DNA from: Polaribacter sp.
Lineage (GTDB): Bacteria > Bacteroidota > Bacteroidia > Flavobacteriales > Flavobacteriaceae
NCBI RefSeq assembly: GCF_051251875.1
Contig: NZ_JBPOGL010000013.1
Span: 14,683 to 78,682, forward strand
Length of the DNA: 64,000 bases
Reading direction: 5' to 3'
This document shows positions 23,189 through 32,800 of the stretch, piece after piece; position 1 is the first letter of the stretch, and each line of letters opens with the position of its first letter. The notes under the pieces were generated by a model. It was given only the letters and a program-made list of their open reading frames with translations. It was not told the origin of the DNA and did not search any database. The position numbers were made by a program, and so were the translations under genes.

Positions 23189-24307
23189 ATGTATCAACGT
23201 ACATTAAAAGCAACTTTAGAAAGTAAAATAAATAAAGGAAAGGCTATTATTTTAACAGGACCAAGACAAGTTGGTAAAACAACTTTATTAAAAGATCTTG
23301 TTGATACTAAGAAATATCTTTTTTTAGATGGAGATGATTCTACTGTAAGAAGCCTTTTAAACAACCCAAATACAGAACAAATTAAAAGTATTATAGGTTC
23401 TCATAAACTTGTTTTTATAGATGAAGCACAAAGAATAGAAGGTATTGGTTTAACGCTAAAAATTATTATAGATCAATTAAAAGATGTACAGTTATTTGTA
23501 AGTGGTTCTTCATCATTTGATCTGTCTACAGTATTAAATGAACCTTTAACTGGTAGAAAATGGGAGTATGAATTACACCCAATAAGTTGGGAAGAATTTG
23601 AAGACAAACAAGGCTTTTTAGTAGCAGAACAACAACTAGAAAATAGATTATTATATGGCTTTTATCCAGATGTTTTAAATAATATTGGAGAAGAACAAGA
23701 GATTTTAAAACAACTCGTAAATAGCTACCTATACAGAGACATATTAGCGTTTTCAAATATTAGAAAACCAGAAGTGCTAGAAAAACTAGTTCAGGCTTTA
23801 GCTTTACAATTAGGAAGTGAAGTAAATTATAATGAGTTGGCTCAAATTGTAGGAGTTGATAAAAATACGGTTTCTAATTACATCGATATTCTAGAAAAAG
23901 GAGACGTAATTTTTAAATTGAAAAGCTTTAGTAGTAACCTAAGAAAAGAAATTAAAAAGAATAAAAAAATATATTTCTATGACAATGGTGTTCGTAATAT
24001 GATACTAGGCAACTTTACCCCTTTAGATTTAAGACAAGATAAAGGTGCTTTGTGGGAAAACTTTTTAATTTCAGAACGTTTAAAGCAGCATAGCTATAAA
24101 AACACAAATACCAAAATGTATTTCTGGAGAACAAAGCAACAACAAGAAGTAGATTTAGTTGAACAAAAAAATGGAATTATCACTGGCTTTGAGTTTAAAT
24201 GGAGTGCAAATAAAAAAGTAAGATTACCCAAAACTTTTGTAAATGAATACAACGCAAAAGAAGAAATTATTGATAGAACAAATTTTAGAAAATTTACGAC
24301 AATTTAA
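23189..24307 (+). CDS. AAA_14 ATPase with DUF4143 (C-terminal PD-(D/E)xK-like) domain
   Basis: GPRQVGKT, VFIDEAQ, VSGSSS, LTGRK, KIYFYDNGVRN, GALWENF, FWRTKQQQEVD, FEFKW. Confidence 0.92.
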   Translation: MYQRTLKATLESKINKGKAIILTGPRQVGKTTLLKDLVDTKKYLFLDGDDSTVRSLLNNPNTEQIKSIIGSHKLVFIDEAQRIEGIGLTLKIIIDQLKDVQLFVSGSSSFDLSTVLNEPLTGRKWEYELHPISWEEFEDKQGFLVAEQQLENRLLYGFYPDVLNNIGEEQEILKQLVNSYLYRDILAFSNIRKPEVLEKLVQALALQLGSEVNYNELAQIVGVDKNTVSNYIDILEKGDVIFKLKSFSSNLRKEIKKNKKIYFYDNGVRNMILGNFTPLDLRQDKGALWENFLISERLKQHSYKNTNTKMYFWRTKQQQEVDLVEQKNGIITGFEFKWSANKKVRLPKTFVNEYNAKEEIIDRTNFRKFTTI

Positions 24308-24328
24308 GAAATATCAATTATGAATTTG

Positions 24329-24538
24329 GAATTATCAATTATGAATTACGAATGTAGAATTACGAATTATGAATTACGAAAGAAAATATAGTCTAAATAA
24401 AATTTTAAATCTAGGTAAATCATTTTTATATGTTAGAAAAAAATCTGCATTTATCAGCGTAATCAGCGGGGAGTTAAAAAAACGGCTCATTAAGCATCAA
24501 GTAGCAATACCATTAGTGAATATAACCACATAAAAACA
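24329..24538 (+). repeat. About 210 bp direct repeat, copy 2
   Basis: See copy 1 at 22879-23102. Confidence 0.9.
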
Positions 24539-24555
24539 GAACCAAAAGTGAATGC

Positions 24556-24660
24556 AAAACAAATTATTTAACCAAAGAACAAACAACACCATTACTAAAT
24601 GATATAGAAGAATTATTATGAATTATTGGAAGCATCCAAAAAACAATTAGAAATTCGTAA
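24556..24660 (+). pseudogene. C-terminal relic of a four-helix-bundle protein gene
   Basis: Manual translation KTNYLTKEQTTPLLNDIEELL*IIGSIQKTIRNS*, with an internal TGA; followed by inverted heptamers (AATTCGTAATT). Confidence 0.6.
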
Positions 24661-24728
24661 TTAAAAATTGATAATTCTAAAGCGTAATTCTAGAGCGAAG
24701 TTGAGAAAAAACAATCTCTATAATAAAC

Positions 24729-24759
24729 AGATTGCCGCGTCGTTCCTCCTCGCAATGAC
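24729..24759. repeat. REP-like element of flavobacterial type
   Basis: AGATTGCCGCGTCGTTCCTCCTCGCAATGAC with ATTGC/GCAAT arms; resembles a dispersed Flavobacteriaceae repeat (from recall). Confidence 0.55.
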
Positions 24760-24782
24760 ATCAGAATACTAAAAAAAAAGCT

Positions 24783-25160
24783 AAGAACAAATATGGACAA
24801 ACAGCTTTAAAAGCTGTACAAAATTATAAAGACTCTTATTCTATTGTAGAGATATGGTCGAGAGCTGCAAAAGAAATTTTTCCTAACTCAAAAAGTTCAC
24901 AAGAAAAAGGGTGTCCGAAAGGTACTTTTTTAGGTTTGTGTGAGGCAGGCTTGGTAAAAGGCATACCAAAAGGAAATTATACAAAGTCCGTTAAAAATAA
25001 AGAATATGCTTTAAAAGCTATAGCCATTTTAAAACAAAATACCCAAACTACATTGTCTCCAAAAGAATTGTGGGAGCAATTAGAACTAGGAGATAAAAGA
25101 TCTAATTCTCAAATGGATGTTGTTTTGGCTCTTTGGGAGAATGGGTTGATTGTTAGTTAA
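24783..25160 (+). pseudogene. DUF6979-like gene lacking a normal start codon
   Basis: The frame of the 74-aa ORF stays open back to 24759 and reads KNKYGQTALKAVQ...SQEKGCPKGTFLGLCEAG; no ATG upstream (AAG where ATG is expected). Confidence 0.55.
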
Positions 25161-25193
25161 ACAGCTATTGAAAAATCAGAAAAATGAATACAA

Positions 25194-25388
25194 TTAAGAT
25201 TTTATTCTCATTAAATATTTATTTGCTATTTGTTCCATTTCTTCTTGTGTAGAAATTTTATTTTCCAAAACCCATTTTGTCACTATTTCTTTATCAAAAT
25301 ATAATTTTTTACCTTTTTTTGAGTGAGGTATATTATTAGAGCTAGTCATTTTGTAGATACTTGAAGAGTAGAATTTAAAACTGTACAA
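25194..25388 (-). pseudogene. 5'-truncated excisionase-like HTH_17/AlpA gene
   Basis: SIYKMTS.NNIPHSKKGKKLYFDKE...W...NK; the first helix of the HTH is missing. Confidence 0.65.
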
Positions 25389-25427
25389 AAGATGTTATTT
25401 ACACCTTTTTTGATGTTGTTAAAAAAC

Positions 25428-25460
25428 AAAACCCTCTAAATCAAACGATTAGAGGGTTTT
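25428..25460 (-). terminator. Hairpin/terminator following the att copy on the minus strand
   Basis: AAAACCCTCTAA / TTAGAGGGTTTT 12-bp stem. Confidence 0.7.
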
Positions 25461-25461
25461 T

Positions 25462-25476
25462 TTGTGGAGACGCCGA
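25462..25476 (-). repeat. att site: displaced tmRNA-type 3' fragment (left boundary of island A)
   Basis: TTGTGGAGACGCCGA, identical to 57935-57949; minus strand TCGGCGTCTCCACAA = T-stem 3' half + acceptor strand CGTCTCC + discriminator A. Confidence 0.8.
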
Positions 25477-25590
25477 TACCCGAAGTTTAATTTGTTTTGA
25501 ATTTCATTATATCTGTAAATGGTTGTTGATGCTAGTTATATTGCGTTTTTTGTTTAAAATAGTTTAAAATAGTTTAAGTAAGTGTATTAA

Positions 25591-25612
25591 AACGGACACA
25601 AAAACGGACACA
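25591..25612 (+). promoter_or_regulatory. Putative integrase arm-type sites (left arm, island A)
   Basis: AACGGACACA twice, 12 nt apart, just upstream of the integrase -7 box TATCTTTG (25618-25625). Confidence 0.65.
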
Positions 25613-25651
25613 TTTTGTATCTTTGTTTTGAATAAATAAATTTCTTTAAAA

Positions 25652-27106
25652 ATGGCAACCTTACAATTTTTATATAGAAGCAAAAAAGATAAAGGAAACT
25701 TAACGATACGATTTAGACACTCTTCTAATATACATTATAGATATGCAACTAAAATAGTTTCAGAAAAGAAATATTGGTTTACTACAAAAGGAAAGCATAA
25801 GAATTTAAATAACATTACAATTGGTGGTGATAGCTTTGTTAAAAATCATAAAAAAGATTTAGAAGATATACGTGAAAAATTTTTATTGAAATTTACAAAA
25901 GAGTTTAATAATGGTGTAATAATTTCAAAAGAATGGTTTATAGAAACACTCTCTGAAATTATAACAATTACAATAGATAAATCGGAAATAGAAAAAAGGC
26001 AGAAATCTAAAGAAATAAAGGAGATTAATTTATTAAATAAAGAGCAAAACGATTATAAAACTAATTTAGTTACAACGGCAATACAAAGAGTAATTGATAT
26101 CGAGTATTTTGATAAAAAAGATTCTTTAAGGCTGTATAGTCAACTAATGAGTAAGATTGTGGGGTATCAAAAAATAAAGAAGGTAAAGCTGAAAATAAAA
26201 GACATAAACCAAGATTTTATATATGGATTTTATGCTTTTCTAGTTTCTTATTTAGAACATAGTCATGCAACATCAAATAAGCACTGTAAAAGTCTTATTC
26301 ATGCAATACGATATCAAAAGGATACATTTCCAGATATTGTTGAGGTTTCGCACAATATTCACAATATAAAATATAAGAAGCAAACAAAATCAGAAATAAG
26401 GACACAAAAAGATGAGATTGTAATTACTTTGTCTTTTAATGAATTAGATTTAATACATAATACCGATGTACCTGAAAGACTTCTAGATGTTAAGAAAACT
26501 ATTTTGTTTATAAGTGAAGTAGGGTTAAGAGTGTCAGATTTTAATAAATTAACAGACGAAAATGTTAAAGTTAATAACCAAGGAGCTAAATATTGGGGTT
26601 TTTGGAATAGAAAAACAGGTTATGATGTTGTGCTACCAATTAATAAAAGAATATTAAAATATATTGATTGTTATGGTAAACCTAAAATATCATTTAAAGA
26701 AAATGATAATGTAACATTAAACAAGGAAATTAAGGAGATTTGTAAAATAGCAGGAATTGATGAGGTTATTCAAAGTAGAAAATCACTAAGTGTTATTGTG
26801 AATGACAAGAAAACAAGGCGTACAATATCAAACACCTATAAAAAATATGAGGTAATTACAAATCATAGTTTTAGACGTTCATTTGCAACAAATTATATTA
26901 ATATAATAGGAGCTTACAATGTTAGGGCAGTAACGGGTCATAAAAGCGATGAAATGTTGTATAAATACATTAATGAAAGCTCTGTAAATGATGATCAAAT
27001 AACTCAAATGCTGAGGGGCATGAATGAGAATGCTGTAAGATTAGAAGAGGCACAAATAAAACCTCAATTTAATATTTATAAAGACACTATCCTAAAATCT
27101 GTGTAA
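25652..27106 (+). CDS. Tyrosine recombinase/integrase of island A (last 7 codons and stop supplied by IS256)
   Basis: GLRVSD (R), HSFRRSFATN (HxxR), GHKSDEMLYKY (H, Y); Bacteroidota arm-binding-like N-terminus. Confidence 0.92.
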   Translation: MATLQFLYRSKKDKGNLTIRFRHSSNIHYRYATKIVSEKKYWFTTKGKHKNLNNITIGGDSFVKNHKKDLEDIREKFLLKFTKEFNNGVIISKEWFIETLSEIITITIDKSEIEKRQKSKEIKEINLLNKEQNDYKTNLVTTAIQRVIDIEYFDKKDSLRLYSQLMSKIVGYQKIKKVKLKIKDINQDFIYGFYAFLVSYLEHSHATSNKHCKSLIHAIRYQKDTFPDIVEVSHNIHNIKYKKQTKSEIRTQKDEIVITLSFNELDLIHNTDVPERLLDVKKTILFISEVGLRVSDFNKLTDENVKVNNQGAKYWGFWNRKTGYDVVLPINKRILKYIDCYGKPKISFKENDNVTLNKEIKEICKIAGIDEVIQSRKSLSVIVNDKKTRRTISNTYKKYEVITNHSFRRSFATNYINIIGAYNVRAVTGHKSDEMLYKYINESSVNDDQITQMLRGMNENAVRLEEAQIKPQFNIYKDTILKSV

Positions 27107-28422
27107 GTTTAAAAACTCAGGATTAAATTATTTATAGTTTAATCCTGTTTTCAAATATAGCTAAAAATTGGTTTAATATAATTCCCCAATTTCTAATTGG
27201 CATTGTCCATTTTTTTGTGCTTTCTCTTAGTGCTAAATAAACAGATTTCATAACAGCTTCGTCTGTTGGAAAAGAGAGTTTATTTTTGGTGTATTTTCTA
27301 ATTTTTCCATTAAGGTTTTCTATTAAGTTTGTGGTATAAATAATGGTCCTTATTTCAACAGGAAAATCAAAGAAAATAGTAAGTTCGTCCCAGTTGTTTT
27401 CCCAACTTCTAATGGCATAAGAATATTTAGATTCCCATTTAGCTTTAAAGTCTTTTAAGGCAGCTTTTGCAGCTTCTTTTGTAGGAGCTGTATAGATTTG
27501 TTTCATATCTCTAGTAAACTCTTTTTTGTCTTTCCATACCACATAACGACAGGAGTTTCTAATTTGATGAACAACACATATTTGAGTTACAGAGTTTGGG
27601 AAAATGGTTTTTATGGTGTCTGTAAATCCGTTTAAATTATCTGTTGCGGTTATTAATATATCTTGTGTTCCTCTGGCTTTTATGTCTGTTAGAACTGTCA
27701 TCCAAAAGGCTGAGGATTCATTTTTACCTAACCACAAGCCAAGCACTTCCTTTTTACCATCAACTCTAAGTCCAACAGCTATGTAGATGGTTTTATTAAT
27801 GACTTTAGAGTTTTCTCTTACTTTAAAAACAATGCCATCCATCCACACGATTAAATAGGTGGCTTCTAAAGGTCTATTTTTCCAAGCAATAATATCGTTT
27901 GTAATGGTGTCTGTTATTCTTGAAATGGTGGAGGTTGAAACGTTAAAATCGTAGAGTTCGCGTATTTGTTCTTCTATATCACTATTGCTCATTCCTTTTG
28001 CATACAGCGATATAATAACGTTTTCAATGCCTTCTGTTGTGCTTTGTCGCTTCTTTATAATCATTGGGTTAAAAGAACTCTCGCGATCTCTAGGTACTTG
28101 GATTTCTGTCTCTCCTAAAGTTGTTTTTAGCTTCTTTTTTGTATAACCATTACGAAGGTTAGTAGTTTTACTTTTTTGATGCTTATCGTAGTCTAAATGT
28201 GCATCGAGCTCACCTTCTAAAATCTTTTCGATGCCTCGCTTATGGAGTTGTTCTAAAAAGCTAGTGAGTTCTGTTCCGTTTTTAAATTGCTTTAAAAAGT
28301 CTTCGTTTAAAATGTCTTCTGGTTTCATAAATGTGTAAAGTTTAAAGTTAATAAAATAAAAAACTCAGGATTGAATTCAATCCTGAGTTTTTTGAAACTT
28401 ACACACTTTATGGGTTATTGCC
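27083..28422 (-). mobile_element. IS256-family insertion sequence (1340 bp)
   Basis: Imperfect terminal inverted repeats GACACTATCCTAAAATCTGTGTAAGTTT and GGCAATAACCCATAAAGTGTGTAAGTTT, with TGTGTAA at position 18 as in IS256; no 8-9 bp target duplication. Confidence 0.92.
27132..28328 (-). CDS. IS256-family (Mutator) transposase
   Basis: [45 protein letters not shown]. Confidence 0.96.
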   Translation of the reverse strand: MKPEDILNEDFLKQFKNGTELTSFLEQLHKRGIEKILEGELDAHLDYDKHQKSKTTNLRNGYTKKKLKTTLGETEIQVPRDRESSFNPMIIKKRQSTTEGIENVIISLYAKGMSNSDIEEQIRELYDFNVSTSTISRITDTITNDIIAWKNRPLEATYLIVWMDGIVFKVRENSKVINKTIYIAVGLRVDGKKEVLGLWLGKNESSAFWMTVLTDIKARGTQDILITATDNLNGFTDTIKTIFPNSVTQICVVHQIRNSCRYVVWKDKKEFTRDMKQIYTAPTKEAAKAALKDFKAKWESKYSYAIRSWENNWDELTIFFDFPVEIRTIIYTTNLIENLNGKIRKYTKNKLSFPTDEAVMKSVYLALRESTKKWTMPIRNWGIILNQFLAIFENRIKL

Positions 28423-29555
28423 ATATTATGATAAAGATTATGTATACAAACCCTCATTTTGGTTTTACCTTTCCAAATCCTCAGGTCTAAGAAGAGCAGA
28501 ACCTCTAGTTGTATCTTGGTGTTCAGGTAATCATACTACACTATCTATAGACCAAGGCTTTCTGAGTGCCTTTTCGCTATCTCCTCGTTTATCAGATAAT
28601 GAAATTTTTTGGGATGATTTAAAAAAACCAGTATACAATGTTGTAAAAAACAAACTTTTATCTGAATACAATTCTTCTTTCTTCTTTTTCTACTTCTACG
28701 ATTTTTAAATACTCAGAGAACACCTTAGGATCATATTTAAAATTCATCGCTTTATCAGCTATGAAGGGAAGTAGTGTTAAACGCTGAGGATCTTTAGTAG
28801 CAGTATCAATATTATCAGCAATTTTAGGAAAGTTTTTTGCTAACTCTTTTCCAAGCCCCCTCGTACCAAATCTTATGTTTAACCATTACTTCTTCTCTTT
28901 CTTCACTTGCAAAATCATTTATAAAATCGTCATTAGAAGTATCTACTTGACAAAATAATTTAAATCCATTTCCACTTGGTGATACAAAAGCCATATAGGG
29001 TTTTACATTTTTGGTGCCTTTCCAAACTTTGTTCATCCAATCGATGGTTGTCTTTTCATCTTCAATTTTATCAAAGTCAAAAACAAACCTTCCAGTATGT
29101 TTGAACTCCATTATCTTTTCGTCTCTAGTGTCGGTGTCTAAGGAAATCATAATGGCAGGTAAAAATAATTTGACCAATTTAACATCTCCACCTGCGGTGT
29201 CTAATAATCTCTTTATAGAGCTTGTTGGGTTTGTCATTTCTTCTATAAGTTCTGACTCAGTTATCTGATCAGCAATTAGATCATCATTCTTTCCAAAGGA
29301 CCTCACGCTAGATTACCATTTAAGATGAAACCCAAGGTAGTCTCTAAGGAAATACTTAAGTGAATAACCCAACTTATTGATTAATCTTTTAAAATCTTGA
29401 TGATGATTGGTAATAAAGTCAGAACAATAATTGAGAACAGTTTTGCTTTTGTCTCTTTTACGATAACCTTTGGTTAATAATTCTAGTAAATCTTGTTCTT
29501 CTTTGGGTAAATTTTTATACTGAACTCCTGCTGTTAGGAATCTGTATACCTACTC
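28423..29555 (-). pseudogene. Frameshifted, truncated BT4734/VirE-N-like primase-associated gene relic
   Basis: ORF 28824-29306 has TGRFVFDFD...AFVSPSGNGFK; removing one A at about 28848 continues it as AWKELAKNFPKIADNIDTATKDPQRL; more shifts follow; cut off by the IS at 28422. Confidence 0.65.
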
Positions 29556-29864
29556 ATTTGTTGTGTGTGTTGCAAAATAATAGTAATTCTTACTCATTAA
29601 TTCTATTTAATGCATTAATAAACTTCTTATGTGTACCAGTTGCGCATTCGTATATGTAGTTATATAATAGGATGCGCTAATTGTCAAGTGGTACATTCAA
29701 ATATCTAGTTTAAGGTCTTGGCTTTTTTACTCGCTGTTTGAGCTTTAGATATAAAATCACAAATAAAAAACCATTTTTTTTAGAAAAAAGCAAAATAATT
29801 AAACTATATTTCATTATCATTTAAAATAAAAAAATCTTTTTCAATTGAATATCATCATATATTT

Positions 29865-32800
29865 ATGACTTCTAAAGGTTTCTTAAATTTATTTAAAAAG
29901 AGTCTTGATCTTTTTCAGTCAAAACATGCTGTAATCGACAGATCGGGTTCATTAACCTACTTAGAGGTAGAAAATTTGTCAAACATAATTTGCCACAACC
30001 TATCAACAAATAAAAATACAGCAAATGGTACTATTGTTTTATTTCTGCCAAGGACTTCAGCTACTATCGTTTCAATACTTGGAATATGGAAGGCTGACTG
30101 TATTTACTTACCGATTGATCCAACTTTTCCGCAAGAAAGAATAAATTACATCATTCAAGATTCAAAAGCATCAGCTATCATCTCAACACCTGAATTTTCT
30201 GAAAAACTAGAACATTTAGCTATCGATATACTTCATTTTGATGACCTTGTCGAGGAAAGAAATCAAAACATTTCACCTTTATTTCAAGAGGAGAAGAGTG
30301 CCTATAAAATATACACTTCAGGATCTACTGGGCTACCAAAAGGAGTAAATATTAGTCATGCTTCTTTTTCTAATCTTCTGCAGGCCATGCAAGAGATTCT
30401 AGATCTTCAGGAATCAGATCAATTTTATGCCCTAACCACAATCTCCTTTGATATTTCTCTACTTGAATTGTTTCTACCTCTTACTTTAGGTGCTACCGTA
30501 GTAATAGCGGGGAATTTATCTAGAGATAATCCTCAAATGATGATTGAGGATCTACATACGTTTAATATATCGGCAATGCAGGCGACACCTGCACAATGGC
30601 AACTATTATTGGATGTAGGTTGGTCTGGAAACTCTAAATTGAAAGCAATATCCGGAGGGGAAAACCTTACTACTAAACTTGCTAATAGGCTCTTTACTAA
30701 AGTAGGGAAACTATGGAATATGTATGGCCCAACAGAAACAACAATCTGGTCCACTTATTACATCGTTGATGATGCAATACTTGATTCTAAAAACTCTAAA
30801 CGCTCAATTCCTATTGGATATCCAATACGCAAAACCTCTTTGTATGTTTTGGACGATGCGGGGAATAACGTAAGTGCGGATCAACTAGGAGAGTTATTTA
30901 TTGGTGGAGATGGTGTTGCTATTGGTTACATAAATGATCTTGAGAAAACCGCAGAGAGATTTGTAACAATTACAAGAAGTGGAACAGAACAACGCGTATA
31001 TAAAACAGGTGATATTGTAAAAATACTGCCCAATGGTGCCCTTGAGTTCATTCAACGAAATGACCTTCAGGTTAAGTTAAACGGTCACCGTATTGAATTA
31101 AAAGAAATAGAATCAGTAATTCGATCCTCTAACATCGTTAAAGAGGTTGTTGTTAAACCCATCACACCTTTGGAAGAAACGACCTATTTAACCGCTTTCT
31201 ATACAATTAATCAAGAATCAAAGAGTGCAAAAACACTGGGTATTAATCAGATTCGATCACTGTATGACAATATATACTCCTATAATAAGGCTGATGAACC
31301 AGTTATAGGATGGATCAACAGCTATACAAATCAACCATTTACTGCTGAAGAAATGGAGTCGTTCTACCAAAACACATATCATCGAGTTTCCAATTATATT
31401 AGCGGCGACATTCTTGAAATTGGTTTTGGTGAAGGTCATCTTATGAAAAAAATGATTCCATCATGTAATAATTATACAGGGATTGAGCTTTCTAAAAATA
31501 CATCTGAACATATAAACAAAAACCTTTTTAAGAATTATAAAAACAAAGTGCAATTACTATATGGTGAACCGGTAGAAGTTATTCAAAACCTGGATCAATT
31601 TGACTTTATCCTCATTAATTCAGTTGCTCAATACTTTCCTTCCATAAGCTACTTAAAGGAGTTATTGATTTCACTATGTAATAAAATTGGTGAGGGATTC
31701 ATATTCATTGGAGATGTTAGAAATCCGAGGCTTCAAAAATCATTTTACAGATCCCTTTTATCACAAAGAAATAACGGTACTTCTTCCAGTGATGATGAGG
31801 AAATAATTGAACAGATGTTTCAATCGGAAACCGAACTTTTTATTGACTATTTGGAATTCCAAAACCTATTGAACATAGAAAAGGTTGCAGACATTCGGTT
31901 CTTAACCAAGGATAGTCCATTTGATACTGAAATGGATCTCTTTAGGTATGATGTTTTGATCCATATCTCTTCCAATTCTAAAAAACCATCGCCAGAGCAT
32001 AGCATTGACTACATTGACAGTTATCCTGATCAATTAACTAATAAATTAAACGCTGGAAAACACTCAATTGTAAAGCTTTCAAATGTTCCCGATATTCGAT
32101 TGATCCCTTTTTCAGAAAAGCAACCAGGCTCTTCAATAATCACGTATGGAATTCCAAATTGGAAAGCTATCGCAGATCAATACAATTATAGGTTAGAAAT
32201 TCAGCCATCAAGTACTTCGAACAATAATCTTGACCTTTATTTTTATACACCCTGTATTGAGGCTATAAACCTACCAAGTTCTACTCCTCCGCGAGAGAAT
32301 TTTACCCCACAAACCGATTCGACTAAAAACATTAAGAATGCAGAGATTTTTGAAGAAATTCTTCGTGAAACTCTTCGAGAAAAATTACCTGCATATATGA
32401 TTCCAGAGCGGTATGTTATGTTAGATGAATTTCCTCTGACACACAACTGGAAGATTGATCGAGACCGTTTAACAGTTTCGGATAAAAAGGTAGAGCGTAA
32501 AAATGCTAGTGTAGCTCCAAAAAATGAACGCGAGAAGTTATTGGTCGAAATTTGGAAGGAGGTTCTGGGTATGGATGACCTTGGAATTACAGACAATTTC
32601 TTTTCACTTGGTGGAAGCAGTATTAAGGCATTACTAATCATTGCTAAGGTATATAAACAACATGGATTGACTTTACACGTTCAGGATTTCTTCCAATTCC
32701 CGATCATTGAAAAAATGGTGCAAGCACTTACTCAAGATGCAAAAGAAATTGTACTGGTTGATGAAAGCAGTTATTACCCTGTTTCACCAATGGAAGAGAG

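Noticed and set aside
25462-25476. Annotating an intact tRNA or tmRNA gene at either att copy
   Set aside because: Only the last ~15 nt are present; the upstream sequence cannot form the rest of the molecule.
28418-28708. 96-aa + strand ORF
   Set aside because: Its start lies in the IS end and it is antisense to the decayed primase-like relic.
29633-29695. TGTACCA...TGGTACA inverted repeat upstream of NRPS1
   Set aside because: Short, imperfect arms; not distinguishable from chance.
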